From an uncultured bacterium (lineage in GTDB: Bacteria; Zixibacteria; MSB-5A5; GN15; FEB-12): a stretch of 64,000 bases of DNA. The notes below the pieces were generated by a model. That model was given only the letters and a program-made list of their open reading frames with translations, made no database searches and was not told where the DNA came from. Position 1 is the stretch's first letter. Every line of letters starts with the position of its first letter. Shown here one piece after another: positions 30,366 through 41,406 of the stretch. A program made the position numbers and the translations under genes. The stretch is from positions 64,001-128,000 of the forward strand of contig CBDVDR010000008.1 of assembly GCA_965372795.1 (NCBI GenBank). The letters are read 5' to 3'.

Positions 30366-32885
30366 ATGATGAAACAATTATTGATAATATCGTTTTTGGT
30401 TTTTGTCATGGCATTTTCTGTTCTGGGAAAACAACCCGAAGGCGATCAAGACAAGATAATCAACTCAAATAAAGCACTTGATACCGACACATATATTAAT
30501 GCCAATAAATTATTGATGATGACTACCAATGTGGGGGTTTTCGCAACTGATATTAGTAGTATTTTCTATAAAACGGATGGGCTTTATTATCCTTATACAA
30601 ACACTTATGATATCATTTATGGACTAAACAATAACTCGGTTGTATATGCTGCCGGTATATGGTTTGGGGGAGTCGACAATAGCACTAATGATACGCTGGT
30701 AACGATTGCCGAATATAATGAAGAATATGTTCCCGGACCAATGGCGGGAGGTACTTTTCAACCGGATCAAGCTTCATTCAGAGTTTACAAACTTTATGCT
30801 GACAGCATGGAGAGCAATCCAAATCAGGACTATCTTGACTGGCCTGTTGATCAGGGTGCACCAGTTGATGAGCTTGGACGTCCTGAAATAACCGGTGATC
30901 AAATGCTTTGGACGGTGTTTAACGATGCTGATCCGGTTGCTCATCAAAATAATTCAGGAATGACAGCACCCAATGGGATAGAAGTTCAACAAAGAATTTG
31001 GGCGGTTGATCAAAGCGGGAGTATTGAGATACCATTAAATAATAAATATGATGCACAATTGATTTCAGGATCAACATTTGGACAAGTTTATGCTAATGTT
31101 GTTAATCCAGCGGCGTTGACAGGGCATACTTATATGGTTGTTTTTAAAGGTGATGTAATCAACGGAACAACCTGGGATTTAATTGACGTTACCCTTGGAC
31201 TTACAATTCTACCTAACCAGACTAACCAAAGCGGTGATGCGAATTATGCTATTATTGATGGATTAAAAGTAATTGTCACAGATTTACCCTGGGGAGTATC
31301 CGGCTGGAGTGTCCCAAGTGGAATAAGGAATTTTGCATCAATGAATGCAGATGGTTTTGAATGGGAAGGGTTTAATGGTGCCATAGGCTGGGGCGGTCCC
31401 GGTGATACTCATGGATTCGGTGTGTATGACCCGGTCCCGCTTAGTTCACTGAGTGATGTTCTTCTTAAGTTTGCAACAACTGATTTAAATGGTAATTTTG
31501 ATCCTAACGATCCGAATGTTTCTTTTGGATACCGATATTTGAGAAATGCTATGAACTCTCCAGCTCTCCCCGAGTTTGCACCCTATATTATAAACCATAC
31601 CTCAAGCTATGGATTTCAGATTTTCGAAAAAAATATTCCATTATCTGCCTGGAATGTTAGTGTTGACCCACCTCAAAGGTTAACAATGGGCTTTTTGGAA
31701 AATAATGTTGTGGGTGGTTTGGTTGATGGCAAGTATTTCCCGGGCTATTATGAATTTTATGACAATACTACAAGCGATGGACCTCGCGAATGGCTTTGGA
31801 TATATCTTGATGACTACTCCGAAACCCCAAATCCGGCTTATATGATAAATGCTATTGATGAACCGATGCCTATAATGTACTGGAACACGAGTAATAGGAG
31901 AAATGAGACTTTTAATACCGGTGATGAATTCAAAATATTTGGTGGACTTCATGTGATTAATCTGCCAACTGATACATTTGTGTTTACCGTACCCTCCTAT
32001 CAATCGCTGTCAACCGGTCCGGAAGGATTATCAATTTATATCGAACATAAGATTTTTAACAAAGGCGGGAAAAACCTGAACAACTGTTACGCATCTTTCT
32101 GGTGTGATCCGGATATTGGTGATGCCATTGATGATCTGGTTGGGTGCGATACAATTTTGGGTGTCGGTTACAGCTATAACGGGGATGATAATGATGCTGA
32201 CTATGGCTTTAAATCTCCTGCGGTCGGAGTTAAGGTTTTGGAAAGTCCGATTGAATTTACCGGTAATGATACCGATACGGCAACCTTTTGGGGAATGAAA
32301 TTTCCGGGTTATAGAAATCTTGGTATGACATCATTTGCAAAATATATTAACGGTACCGATCCGCAGAATAAAACTGAGGCTTATAATTATATGCAGGGAT
32401 TAAATCCTGATGGTACTTCCTACATTGACAATCTTGGCAATCCAAACAAGTTTCATAAGTCGGGTGATCCGGTATTGGGTGTTGGTGATGTAGATACTGA
32501 CCTTGCTGATAGAAGATTTATGGTAACAAGCGGACCGTTTGATTTTGCCAATGGTGACAGCACTGTTATATTAGTTAAGTTAGCCATCGGGCAGGGTTTT
32601 GATCGATTAGCATCAGTAAGCTCGTTGAAAGAAATTCTGCAAGGCGAAGTTGATCCCGGGGGCTGTTGTATTTTCAGAGGTGACATCAATCATCTTGGCG
32701 GTGATATACCGTTAGATATTTTGGACCTTACTTACCTTATTGATTATATGTTCAGAGCTGGTGAGGCACCAATTTGTTTAGAGGAAGCTGATCTTGATGG
32801 AAGTGGTGAAATTGATATAACAGATTTGACATTTATAATCGACTTTATGTTTAGAGAGGGTCCGGCACCAGCACCTTGTAATTAA
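30366..32885 (+). CDS. Large secreted protein with C-terminal dockerin-like domain (paralog 2)
   Basis: Colinear with 27811-30330 (e.g. DTYINANKLL, NPNQDYLDWPVDQGAPVDE, GPEGLSIYIEHKIFNKGGKNL). Confidence 0.8.
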   Translation: MMKQLLIISFLVFVMAFSVLGKQPEGDQDKIINSNKALDTDTYINANKLLMMTTNVGVFATDISSIFYKTDGLYYPYTNTYDIIYGLNNNSVVYAAGIWFGGVDNSTNDTLVTIAEYNEEYVPGPMAGGTFQPDQASFRVYKLYADSMESNPNQDYLDWPVDQGAPVDELGRPEITGDQMLWTVFNDADPVAHQNNSGMTAPNGIEVQQRIWAVDQSGSIEIPLNNKYDAQLISGSTFGQVYANVVNPAALTGHTYMVVFKGDVINGTTWDLIDVTLGLTILPNQTNQSGDANYAIIDGLKVIVTDLPWGVSGWSVPSGIRNFASMNADGFEWEGFNGAIGWGGPGDTHGFGVYDPVPLSSLSDVLLKFATTDLNGNFDPNDPNVSFGYRYLRNAMNSPALPEFAPYIINHTSSYGFQIFEKNIPLSAWNVSVDPPQRLTMGFLENNVVGGLVDGKYFPGYYEFYDNTTSDGPREWLWIYLDDYSETPNPAYMINAIDEPMPIMYWNTSNRRNETFNTGDEFKIFGGLHVINLPTDTFVFTVPSYQSLSTGPEGLSIYIEHKIFNKGGKNLNNCYASFWCDPDIGDAIDDLVGCDTILGVGYSYNGDDNDADYGFKSPAVGVKVLESPIEFTGNDTDTATFWGMKFPGYRNLGMTSFAKYINGTDPQNKTEAYNYMQGLNPDGTSYIDNLGNPNKFHKSGDPVLGVGDVDTDLADRRFMVTSGPFDFANGDSTVILVKLAIGQGFDRLASVSSLKEILQGEVDPGGCCIFRGDINHLGGDIPLDILDLTYLIDYMFRAGEAPICLEEADLDGSGEIDITDLTFIIDFMFREGPAPAPCN

Positions 32886-32922
32886 ATAATATTTTGTTAC
32901 TGATAATTATTATCGTTGACAT

Positions 32923-33780
32923 TTAATGTCGTTGACAACGAGGACAGAAATGGGCAGAGCGTGAACCGATTTTTTCACGGATAATTTTTTGTCCGCAATA
33001 CTGACACGGATTGCCTTCGTTGTTATAGGCTTTGAGATATTTTTGAAAACTTCCCTGCTTGCCGTTTATACCGGAAAAACTATCAACCGTTGTGCCCATT
33101 TTGCTGATCGAATATTTCAACATCTTCTGGATTGAGTTGTGCAGTTCAATTAACTTCTTTTTTGATAGTGACGAAGTTATTTTCTTGGGATGTATCTTGC
33201 ATTGATGCAGAGCTTCATCGGCATAGATATTTCCTATCCCAACGATAAAAGACTGGTCAAGTAAAGCAGATTTTATCATTCTGGAACGGTTCTTGAACAG
33301 TTTTATAAAATCATCCTCAGAAATTTCCAATGGTTCCGGTCCAAGTTCTTTTAATCCCTTTTGTTCCCATAGTTCATCATTGTTAAAGAGGCGCAGCCTT
33401 CCGAAGCGACGATAGTCATTAAACCTTAGGCACTTTGTGCCTTTATTTTTATGGTCAGAATTTATTAAATTGAAAATTACCAGATCATGTTTGCCAATCG
33501 GTTCTGATGAATCCAGGTAGAAAAAATGTCCGGTCATTTTTAGATGTGCCCATAGGGTGAGATTGCCCGACAAAGAGATTAGTATATTTTTACCCCGCCG
33601 ACTAATAGCTTCGATTTTTTTCCCTTTTAAGGCTTTGGCGAACCCTTTTTTTTCTAAAGATTTGCCAACCACAATTGTTGAGGCGGGAGTGTTATTAAGA
33701 ATAACAGATTTGATGGTGCTGTTTTGAACAGTTTTTCTTAAGCCTCGGACAACTGTTTCGACTTCGGGAAGTTCAGGCAT
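32923..33780 (-). CDS. mutM: Formamidopyrimidine-DNA glycosylase
   Basis: MPELPEVE, RRGK, HLKMTG, GIGNIYADE, C4 zinc finger. Confidence 0.97.
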   Translation of the reverse strand: MPELPEVETVVRGLRKTVQNSTIKSVILNNTPASTIVVGKSLEKKGFAKALKGKKIEAISRRGKNILISLSGNLTLWAHLKMTGHFFYLDSSEPIGKHDLVIFNLINSDHKNKGTKCLRFNDYRRFGRLRLFNNDELWEQKGLKELGPEPLEISEDDFIKLFKNRSRMIKSALLDQSFIVGIGNIYADEALHQCKIHPKKITSSLSKKKLIELHNSIQKMLKYSISKMGTTVDSFSGINGKQGSFQKYLKAYNNEGNPCQYCGQKIIREKIGSRSAHFCPRCQRH

Positions 33781-33782
33781 AT

Positions 33783-36644
33783 TTATTTCTTATGATTTAA
33801 AATATCTTTTAGATATCTTCCGGTGTAAGATTTTCTAATTTTGGAAACATCTTCCGGTGAACCGATAGCAATAATTTCACCGCCGCCATCTCCGCCCTCG
33901 GGTCCAATATCGATTACCCAGTCAGCAGTTTTGATAACATCAAGGTTATGTTCGATCACCAATACGGTGTTTCCGCGGTCAACGAGTTCATTTAAGACTT
34001 GAAGAAGCATCCGAATATCTTCAAAGTGAAGTCCGGTTGTCGGCTCATCAAGAATATACATCGTCCGCCCGGTCGCAACCTTGGAAAGCTCGGTTGCCAG
34101 CTTGACTCGTTGTGCCTCTCCGCCGGAAAGAGTGGTTGCCTGTTGTCCAAGATGAATATATCCCAGTCCGACATTGAAAAGAGTCAGTAATTTTTTCTTA
34201 ATGCGGGGAATGTTTTCAAAAAAGGATAATGCCTCTTCAACGGTCATATCTAAAACATCAGCAATATTATTTCCTTTGAAAGTAACTTCGAGGGTTTCCC
34301 GATTATACCTTTTACCTTTGCATATTTCACAGGGAACATACACATCCGGCAAGAAGTGCATCTCAATTTTTATTATTCCATCCCCTTCACAAGCTTCGCA
34401 TCTCCCTCCTTTGACGTTAAAGGAAAATCTTCCGGGCATATATCCGCGCGCTTTTGATTCCGGTAATCCTGAAAAGAGATCGCGAACATAGGTGAATACT
34501 CCGGTATAGGTTGCCGGATTGGAACGAGGCGTTCTGCCGATTGGAGACTGGTCGATATCTATCACTTTATCAATATGTTCGAGTCCATTTATTTTTTTGT
34601 GTGGCAGTGACACTTTACGGCTGTTGTAAAAATGACGGGCAAGGATCCGATAGAGAGTTTCGTTGATTAAAGTTGATTTGCCGGAACCGGAGACTCCGGT
34701 TATGACAACCAGATTACCGAGTGGGATTTCAACGTCGACCGATTTCAAATTATTTCCGGTGGCACCGTATAATTTGATCAGGTTACCATTGTGTTCTCTT
34801 CGGGCTTTAGGTGTGGCGATTTCTTTTTTATCTGACAGGTATTGTCCGGTAATCGACCGTTTGTTTTTCTTTATCTGTTTGGGGGTACCCTGTGCAACGA
34901 TTTTACCGCCATGAATTCCGGCACCCGGTCCAAGATCAATAACATGATCGGCCGCTTCAATTGTTTCCCGATCATGTTCGACCACCAGCACGGTGTTGCC
35001 AATATCTCTTAATTCAAGAAGGGTGTCCAACAATCTTCGGTTGTCCCGTTGATGTAAACCGATAGAAGGTTCATCAAGAATATATAAAACGCCTACAAGT
35101 CGCGATCCTATCTGAGTTGCCAGACGAATCCGCTGGACTTCACCTCCTGATAATGTGGAAGCGGTTCGACTAAGCGTTAAATAGTCAAGTCCGACATTGC
35201 ATAAAAACCCTAACCGTTCGTTGACCTCTTTTAGAATTTGTTTGCCGATCAGTTTTTGCCGTTTGGTTAGGTTGATTTTTTGGAAAAATAGATTTGCCTG
35301 TTTAATTGACATATCGGTAATACTGTCAATTGTTTCCCGGTCGATGACTACTGACAGTGCTTCAGGACGAAGCCGGGCACCGTCACATGAGGGGCATTTA
35401 GAGATCGACATATAATTTTCAATCCAGGCTCTGACACCTCCAGATTCGGTCTGTTTGTATCTGCGTTCAAGATGAGGAATAACGCCTTCAAACTTAGCAT
35501 GATATTTTCCCGACCCTTTACCTTTTCCAGAAGTATGTTCATATTCAAAAGTGACTTCTTCTTTGGAGCCATATAGAATAATATTTTGTACTTGCTTACT
35601 TAACTTTTTAAACGGTTTTGAAAACTTAAAATCATAATGACTGGCGATACCTTTTAACATATATCGGTACCAGTTTGCCATATCAATTCCACCCCAGGGT
35701 TTAATGGCACCTTCATTAATAGAAAAATCATAATTAGGGATTACCAGATCCGGGTCGATTTCCATCTTTTTCCCCAAACCATCACATACCTTACAAGCTC
35801 CAAACGGGGAATTAAATGAAAACAGTCGCGGGCTTGGTTCTTCATAGCTGATATTGCAATTTAAACAGGCAAATTGTTCTGAAAAAAGAAGATCCTTCTT
35901 TTTAATATTTACCAGCACAGTTCCGTTGGCGATTTTTAGGGCAGTTTCGACAGAATCTGCCAGTCGGCGTTTTGATTTGGCTTTAACAACAAGTCGATCA
36001 ACAACTGCTTCAATGGTGTGTTTTTTCTTTTTATCCAGCTCGATATCAGAATCAGAATCATATATTTCACCATCAATTCGGAGCCTGATGAATCCTTCTC
36101 GAATAGCTTCATCAATTATATCTTTATGTTCACCTTTTTTACCCCTGACTAACGGAGCCAGAATCATCAAACGGTCACCCTCTTCAAAACTCAGGATTGA
36201 ATCTACAATCTGTTCAACTGTCTGTTGGGTAATTGGTTGGTTGCATTTTATGCAATGCGGAACGCCGATTCTTGCGAATAATAGTCTTAAATAATCGTAA
36301 ATTTCGGTTACGGTCCCAACAGTTGAGCGGGGGTTTTTGGGTGCTCCTTTTTGTTCAATTGAAATTGCCGGAGAAAGACCCTCAATAAAATCTATATCCG
36401 GTTTTTCCATCAATCCCAGAAACTGCCGGGCATAAGAACTAAGCGATTCAACATAACGGCGCTGACCTTCGGCATAAATTGTGTCAAATGCAAGAGAGCT
36501 TTTGCCTGAGCCGGAGAGACCGGTTATGACTGTAAAGCTGTTACGGGGAATTTTTACATCTATATTCTTTAAATTGTGTTCACGAGCACCTTTAACAAAC
36601 AGGAAATTCTGATTTTCAATATTCCGAGAATTATTCTTGGCCAT
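33783..36644 (-). CDS. uvrA: Excinuclease ABC subunit A
   Basis: [32 protein letters not shown], two ABC cassettes. Confidence 0.98.
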   Translation of the reverse strand: MAKNNSRNIENQNFLFVKGAREHNLKNIDVKIPRNSFTVITGLSGSGKSSLAFDTIYAEGQRRYVESLSSYARQFLGLMEKPDIDFIEGLSPAISIEQKGAPKNPRSTVGTVTEIYDYLRLLFARIGVPHCIKCNQPITQQTVEQIVDSILSFEEGDRLMILAPLVRGKKGEHKDIIDEAIREGFIRLRIDGEIYDSDSDIELDKKKKHTIEAVVDRLVVKAKSKRRLADSVETALKIANGTVLVNIKKKDLLFSEQFACLNCNISYEEPSPRLFSFNSPFGACKVCDGLGKKMEIDPDLVIPNYDFSINEGAIKPWGGIDMANWYRYMLKGIASHYDFKFSKPFKKLSKQVQNIILYGSKEEVTFEYEHTSGKGKGSGKYHAKFEGVIPHLERRYKQTESGGVRAWIENYMSISKCPSCDGARLRPEALSVVIDRETIDSITDMSIKQANLFFQKINLTKRQKLIGKQILKEVNERLGFLCNVGLDYLTLSRTASTLSGGEVQRIRLATQIGSRLVGVLYILDEPSIGLHQRDNRRLLDTLLELRDIGNTVLVVEHDRETIEAADHVIDLGPGAGIHGGKIVAQGTPKQIKKNKRSITGQYLSDKKEIATPKARREHNGNLIKLYGATGNNLKSVDVEIPLGNLVVITGVSGSGKSTLINETLYRILARHFYNSRKVSLPHKKINGLEHIDKVIDIDQSPIGRTPRSNPATYTGVFTYVRDLFSGLPESKARGYMPGRFSFNVKGGRCEACEGDGIIKIEMHFLPDVYVPCEICKGKRYNRETLEVTFKGNNIADVLDMTVEEALSFFENIPRIKKKLLTLFNVGLGYIHLGQQATTLSGGEAQRVKLATELSKVATGRTMYILDEPTTGLHFEDIRMLLQVLNELVDRGNTVLVIEHNLDVIKTADWVIDIGPEGGDGGGEIIAIGSPEDVSKIRKSYTGRYLKDILNHKK

Positions 36645-36817
36645 TTTTACTCCATTTTAAGTCCAAACAGCAATATAAACAATTTCTACGTATTTTAAAG
36701 AGAAATTCTGAATATCTAAATCACATTTATGATAAAGATTTTGATAAAATTGGTGTGGATTCTACTTCATCACAATTTACTTGACAATAAAGTAACGGGG
36801 AGTAAATTACGGCAATT

Positions 36818-37420
36818 ATGCACGATAAACATCAAGAATTTTTTGACAAACTCGCAGCTGAATGGGATACTACGTTCACTGCTGAGGACCTTGAACGCCT
36901 GTCACACATAATTGATAAGATAGGTGTTAAAAAGGGAATGGATATCCTGGATTTAGGTTGTGGAACCGGAGTTCTATTTGATATTCTAAGACGTAAAGTT
37001 TCTAAAAGCGGATCCATTACAGGTGTCGATTTTTCGATTGAGATGGCAGAAAAAGCTCATCGTAATTTTCCCTTTGAGAATGTATTCGTAGTTGATGCCG
37101 ATGCTATAAATCTTCCTTTTGCCGAGAATACATTTGATATGGCTGTTGCCTTTGCTGCGTTTCCTCATTTTTCAGACCAACAGCGAGCGATTGATGAAAC
37201 TCATCGGGTTCTAAAAAGTGGAGCCAAATTTTATATCTTTCATCTTGAATCTTCCAAAGGTATCGCCGAGGAACATCAAAAGATTGGTGGCGCTGTTGAA
37301 CATGATGAACTTCCGACCGAAGAAAAACTTCGCCAGATGTTTGATGCCAGCAAGTTTGTTGATGTCTATGTTGAGGACCATCCCGGACTTTATTTAGCTT
37401 ATGGTATAAATTCTAAGTAA
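36818..37420 (+). CDS. Class I SAM-dependent methyltransferase
   Basis: ILDLGCGTG, GVDFSIEM, LPFAENTFD. Confidence 0.9.
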   Translation: MHDKHQEFFDKLAAEWDTTFTAEDLERLSHIIDKIGVKKGMDILDLGCGTGVLFDILRRKVSKSGSITGVDFSIEMAEKAHRNFPFENVFVVDADAINLPFAENTFDMAVAFAAFPHFSDQQRAIDETHRVLKSGAKFYIFHLESSKGIAEEHQKIGGAVEHDELPTEEKLRQMFDASKFVDVYVEDHPGLYLAYGINSK

Positions 37421-37431
37421 CTGCTTTTTAT

Positions 37432-37950
37432 ATGGCAGACATTATTACAAAAACCAGATTTATTTCTCATACATCGCTATATCTTGCATTAGCTGCATTA
37501 TTACCGGTTGCCTTTCATGCCTTTGGAATCGGAGGCCGGGTCTTTTTACCGATGCATATCCCTGTTTTGTTAGCCGGTTTTCTTTGCGGCCCGTTTAGCG
37601 GTTTGATCGTTGGACTTCTGGGGCCGATTATTTCCCATCTGTTAACAGGAATGCCTCCAACCTATGCAGTACCGTTGATGACTATGGAATTATCAATTTA
37701 TGGTATGTTTGCCGGAGTCATGTATTATCGATTGAAAATGAATATTTACTTTTCGTTGATTATTGCCATGGTAGTAGGCCGGCTGGTTTTTGGTTTTTGC
37801 CTTTTATTGTTAGGTCGGTTTATGGAATTGCCTTATTCAGCGGCTGAATTTTTTGCTGCCAGTGGTGCGATTGTTACCGGTCTTCCTGGAATAGTTGTTC
37901 AGCTGTTTTTAGTACCGGTGATTGTTGCTGCTATCAAACGCGGGAAATAA
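37432..37950 (+). CDS. ECF transporter S component
   Basis: FLPMHIPVLLAGFLCG, SHLLTGMPP, GLPGIVVQL; multi-TM. Confidence 0.88.
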   Translation: MADIITKTRFISHTSLYLALAALLPVAFHAFGIGGRVFLPMHIPVLLAGFLCGPFSGLIVGLLGPIISHLLTGMPPTYAVPLMTMELSIYGMFAGVMYYRLKMNIYFSLIIAMVVGRLVFGFCLLLLGRFMELPYSAAEFFAASGAIVTGLPGIVVQLFLVPVIVAAIKRGK

Positions 37951-37953
37951 ATC

Positions 37954-38142
37954 TTATTCTTCAAAATTACATTGACGATGAGTGCCATCACAGTATGGTT
38001 GATTTTTTGTTTGGCTGCAGCGGCAGATAAAAAATTTGCCTTCTTTGATTTCTGTTGACCCATCCGGCAAGGTTACTTCTGCTTTATCACATTCAATTAT
38101 CAGAGAAGCATTTTTATTAGCTGTTATTTTTACTATATTCAT
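37954..38142 (-). CDS. CDGSH iron-sulfur domain protein
   Basis: CRCSQTKNQPYCDGTH; SD GAGGT. Confidence 0.9.
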   Translation of the reverse strand: MNIVKITANKNASLIIECDKAEVTLPDGSTEIKEGKFFICRCSQTKNQPYCDGTHRQCNFEE

Positions 38143-38219
38143 AATCACCTCATTTTTAATAGTTAATAATTATATAAAACCAAGAGACTTACCAAAAGTT
38201 TCCAGTTATAGGAATAAAT

Positions 38220-39215
38220 TTATTTTAAAATTGTAACTTCACCGCTTGTTACAGTGATTTCACCATCTGAGGTTTCAACGATTAGAGCACCCGTTTGATC
38301 AATATCGCGAGCTATTCCATGGATGGTGCGGTTTCCCAGCCGCAGCGATATTTGATTGTTTAGCAGTGATGAATAGTCCCTAATTTTGTTTAGAGATTTT
38401 TTGAGATACTGCTTATTGTAAATAATATATTCTCGTTCAAAATTAATCAAAAATTTATTGAGCAGTTCCACTCGATTAAGTTTTCGACGCAGGACTCGTC
38501 TTATTGAAGTGGCCAGCTTGCGAATGTCTTCGTGAAACATCCCTGTGGTTTGATTTACATTTATGCCTATACCGACAATTAGGAAATTGATTTTATTTTT
38601 TTCAGCTGAAAGCTCGGTAAGAATTCCGGCAGTTTTTTTTGAAGCTAAAATTATATCATTGGGCCATTTTATTTTGACCTTTTCAGGGAGATATTCTGAA
38701 ATTGCATCCGCCAACGCCACCGCGGCCATAATTGAAATTCCCGGAGCGTGTTCCGGTTTAAATTTTGGCCTGAGTATAATCGAAACATAAATTCCACATT
38801 TAGGCGGGGAATGCCATATTCTGCCCAGACGCCCTCTGCCCTTGGTTTGCTCTTCGGCTGTTATAATGGTACCTTCTTCGGCACCTTTTTCAGCAAGCCC
38901 GGAGGCAATATCGTTTGTAGATTTGATTCGATTGAATGAATGGCAATATTTTCCAATGAATTTTGTTTTGAGGTTATACAAAATTTCATCAGAGGTTAAC
39001 GAGTCAGCAGCTTCTATAAAACTGATTTCACTGTTTTTATTTTTATCAATCCGATATCCCAGTTCTTTCAATCTATTGTAGGCGTCAATAATTGCAGAGA
39101 TATCGGTATCAAATCTTTTTGCCAAAGATGAGACTGAATAAAAATGTCCTTCCTTTTTTCGAATATAAAGAAGAACATTATCGGCAAGTTTTTCGTTGGC
39201 TATCAAATCAGACAT
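38220..39215 (-). CDS. birA: Biotin protein ligase with N-terminal HTH (BirA)
   Basis: STND, QTKGRGRLGR.W.SP, KWPND, KTAGIL. Confidence 0.95.
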   Translation of the reverse strand: MSDLIANEKLADNVLLYIRKKEGHFYSVSSLAKRFDTDISAIIDAYNRLKELGYRIDKNKNSEISFIEAADSLTSDEILYNLKTKFIGKYCHSFNRIKSTNDIASGLAEKGAEEGTIITAEEQTKGRGRLGRIWHSPPKCGIYVSIILRPKFKPEHAPGISIMAAVALADAISEYLPEKVKIKWPNDIILASKKTAGILTELSAEKNKINFLIVGIGINVNQTTGMFHEDIRKLATSIRRVLRRKLNRVELLNKFLINFEREYIIYNKQYLKKSLNKIRDYSSLLNNQISLRLGNRTIHGIARDIDQTGALIVETSDGEITVTSGEVTILK

Positions 39216-40097
39216 TTACTCAACAGCCTGTAAACTAAAATCTGAATTTGGTGCCGAATGCGTTAGAGCGCCAACAGAAATATAATCAACCCCGGTGGAT
39301 GCGATCTTGGCAACGGTTTCAAGAGAAACATTTCCCGAAGCTTCAAGTTTTACAAGGGGATTAATTTTCCTTGCAATGGAGACAAGATTTAATAATTGAT
39401 CAATCGTTTGATTGTCCAAAAGTAATCGGTGGGCTCCGGCGTTGATTGCTTCGGTTAATTGATTTTCGTTTGTAACTTCAACTTCTATTACAATTTCATT
39501 GGCATCCAGATTGAATTGCAGTCTGAAATCGGAAGTTTGAATATATTCTTTTGCCAGATTGACGGCACTAGTGATATTTCCTGACGAAGCGATATGGTTA
39601 TCTTTAATCAAAATCATATCAAATAAGCCGAGTCTGTGATTTTCGCCTTTGCCATGAACGACGGCTTGTTTTTCTATTAGTCTCCAACCCGGTGTTGTTT
39701 TACGAGTATCAACAATACGACATTGATTATCACCGATCAATTTTACAAATTTATTTGTAAGGGTCGCAACTCCGCTAAGGTGACCGAGGAAATTTAAAGC
39801 GGTTCGTTCAGAAGTTAGTACGGTTTGGTTAAACCCGTCAATTTCTACAATAAGATCGCCTGATTTAAAAGAATCACCGTCATTAATTTTGAAATCAATT
39901 ATATTTGCAGAATCTACAATTTCAAAAGCCACCAGTGTGGGGAATTTACCTGATAAAATGCCGTCAGATTTTGCGACAATTTTACCTTTAAATGGGTTGG
40001 GCTCTAAACAGGCAAGCGAGGTTAAATCACCAAAACCAATATCCTCTTTCAGAGCCTCTTTTACCAGACGAATTGTTGCTTCGTGAAGTGAACTCAT
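39216..40097 (-). CDS. nadC: Quinolinate phosphoribosyltransferase
   Basis: ERTALNF, DTRKTTPG, HRLGLFDMILIKDNH, LLLDN, EASGN. Confidence 0.96.
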   Translation of the reverse strand: MSSLHEATIRLVKEALKEDIGFGDLTSLACLEPNPFKGKIVAKSDGILSGKFPTLVAFEIVDSANIIDFKINDGDSFKSGDLIVEIDGFNQTVLTSERTALNFLGHLSGVATLTNKFVKLIGDNQCRIVDTRKTTPGWRLIEKQAVVHGKGENHRLGLFDMILIKDNHIASSGNITSAVNLAKEYIQTSDFRLQFNLDANEIVIEVEVTNENQLTEAINAGAHRLLLDNQTIDQLLNLVSIARKINPLVKLEASGNVSLETVAKIASTGVDYISVGALTHSAPNSDFSLQAVE

Positions 40098-40246
40098 ACC
40101 TTAAGAGAATATACAACCCGGTAAAAGTCAATTAGGAAATTGATCATGCCTGATAACTTTTTAAAAAATAATTTACAATTGATCAAATTAATTACCCTAT
40201 GCTTTGAGTTGCATTGCGTATAAATAAGCTATAAATTGGAGTTATT

Positions 40247-41179
40247 ATGAAAAAGACTATTGCTATACTTGGATACGGTTCGCAGGGCAGTGCAATTGCT
40301 CAAAATTTGCGAGACAGTGGATATAATCTGATAATAGGATTACCACCCAAATCAAAATCCCGGCGAAAAGCTAACAAGGATGGTTTCAAACCGGTTATGA
40401 CTATCAGTAATGCCGTAAAGAGAGCTGATGTTATCTGTTTTGCTTTCCCCGATCATCTTCATGGCCGAGTTTATGATAAAGAGATCAAACCGTATTTGCT
40501 TTCAGGTAAGTCTTTATGGTTTTTACATGGAATGTCGGTTCATTTTGGTTTTGTAAATCCTCCTGAGGAATGTGATGTATTCCTTGTTGCTCCCCACGCT
40601 CCGGGTATAACTGTTCGAGAAAAATATTTAATTGATAGAAGCTTATCGGCGTTCTACTCCGTAAATCAGGATTTCAGCGGAAACGCCAAACAAACCACCC
40701 TTGCAATAGCTTCAGGTTGCGGATTTCAAAAAAAACGCCTGGTTTCAACCAGTTTTGAACATGAAGCAATCGGAGACCTTTTTGGAGAACAGGCTGTTCT
40801 TTGCGGAGGATTGGCATCGCTGATAAAAAACGGTTTTGATACCCTTGTAGAAAATGGGTTTCCCTCAGAAAATGCGTATCTTGAGGTAGCTTATCAATTA
40901 GATTTGATTATTAAACTAATCAAAGAACATGGAATCAATGGCATGTTTGAGCGGATTTCAATCGCGGCTCAATACGGTTCAGCTGAAACGGGTCCAAAAA
41001 TAATAGATAAAGAAACAAAACAGCGAATGAAAAATATTTTTGAACATATCAGTTCCGGCGAGTTCCCAACAAGGCTAAACTCTTTGAAAGACAAAGAGAT
41101 AACAAAAATGAAAAAGAATTTAAAAAAGCTCTCAAGCCCGGAATTTGAAAAAGCGGCACGTAAATACTCCCCCAAATAG
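40247..41179 (+). CDS. ilvC: Ketol-acid reductoisomerase (class I)
   Basis: GYGSQG, NLRDSG, VAPHAPG, DLFGEQAVLCGG, AYLE. Confidence 0.92.
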   Translation: MKKTIAILGYGSQGSAIAQNLRDSGYNLIIGLPPKSKSRRKANKDGFKPVMTISNAVKRADVICFAFPDHLHGRVYDKEIKPYLLSGKSLWFLHGMSVHFGFVNPPEECDVFLVAPHAPGITVREKYLIDRSLSAFYSVNQDFSGNAKQTTLAIASGCGFQKKRLVSTSFEHEAIGDLFGEQAVLCGGLASLIKNGFDTLVENGFPSENAYLEVAYQLDLIIKLIKEHGINGMFERISIAAQYGSAETGPKIIDKETKQRMKNIFEHISSGEFPTRLNSLKDKEITKMKKNLKKLSSPEFEKAARKYSPK

Positions 41180-41313
41180 CTATTAGTTGTTGTATAACAA
41201 TAGTTTATCAATCAAGATAGATATGATTGCAATAAGAGATCCTGATTGATAGTTATTTTTGATTTATGGCATTTTCTAATTTGACTTATTTAATAAATTT
41301 CATACACTAATCA

Positions 41314-41331
41314 TTGTGAAAATATTAACAA
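41314..41331. promoter_or_regulatory. Rex-like operator upstream of the TonB receptor
   Basis: TTGTGAAAATATTAACAA, one mismatch to consensus. Confidence 0.65.
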
Positions 41332-41406
41332 ATTATGACAATTTTATGACATCTTTTGAATAATGGACTCTAACTTAGACAAACAATAATAGATAAGGGA
41401 AAATGA

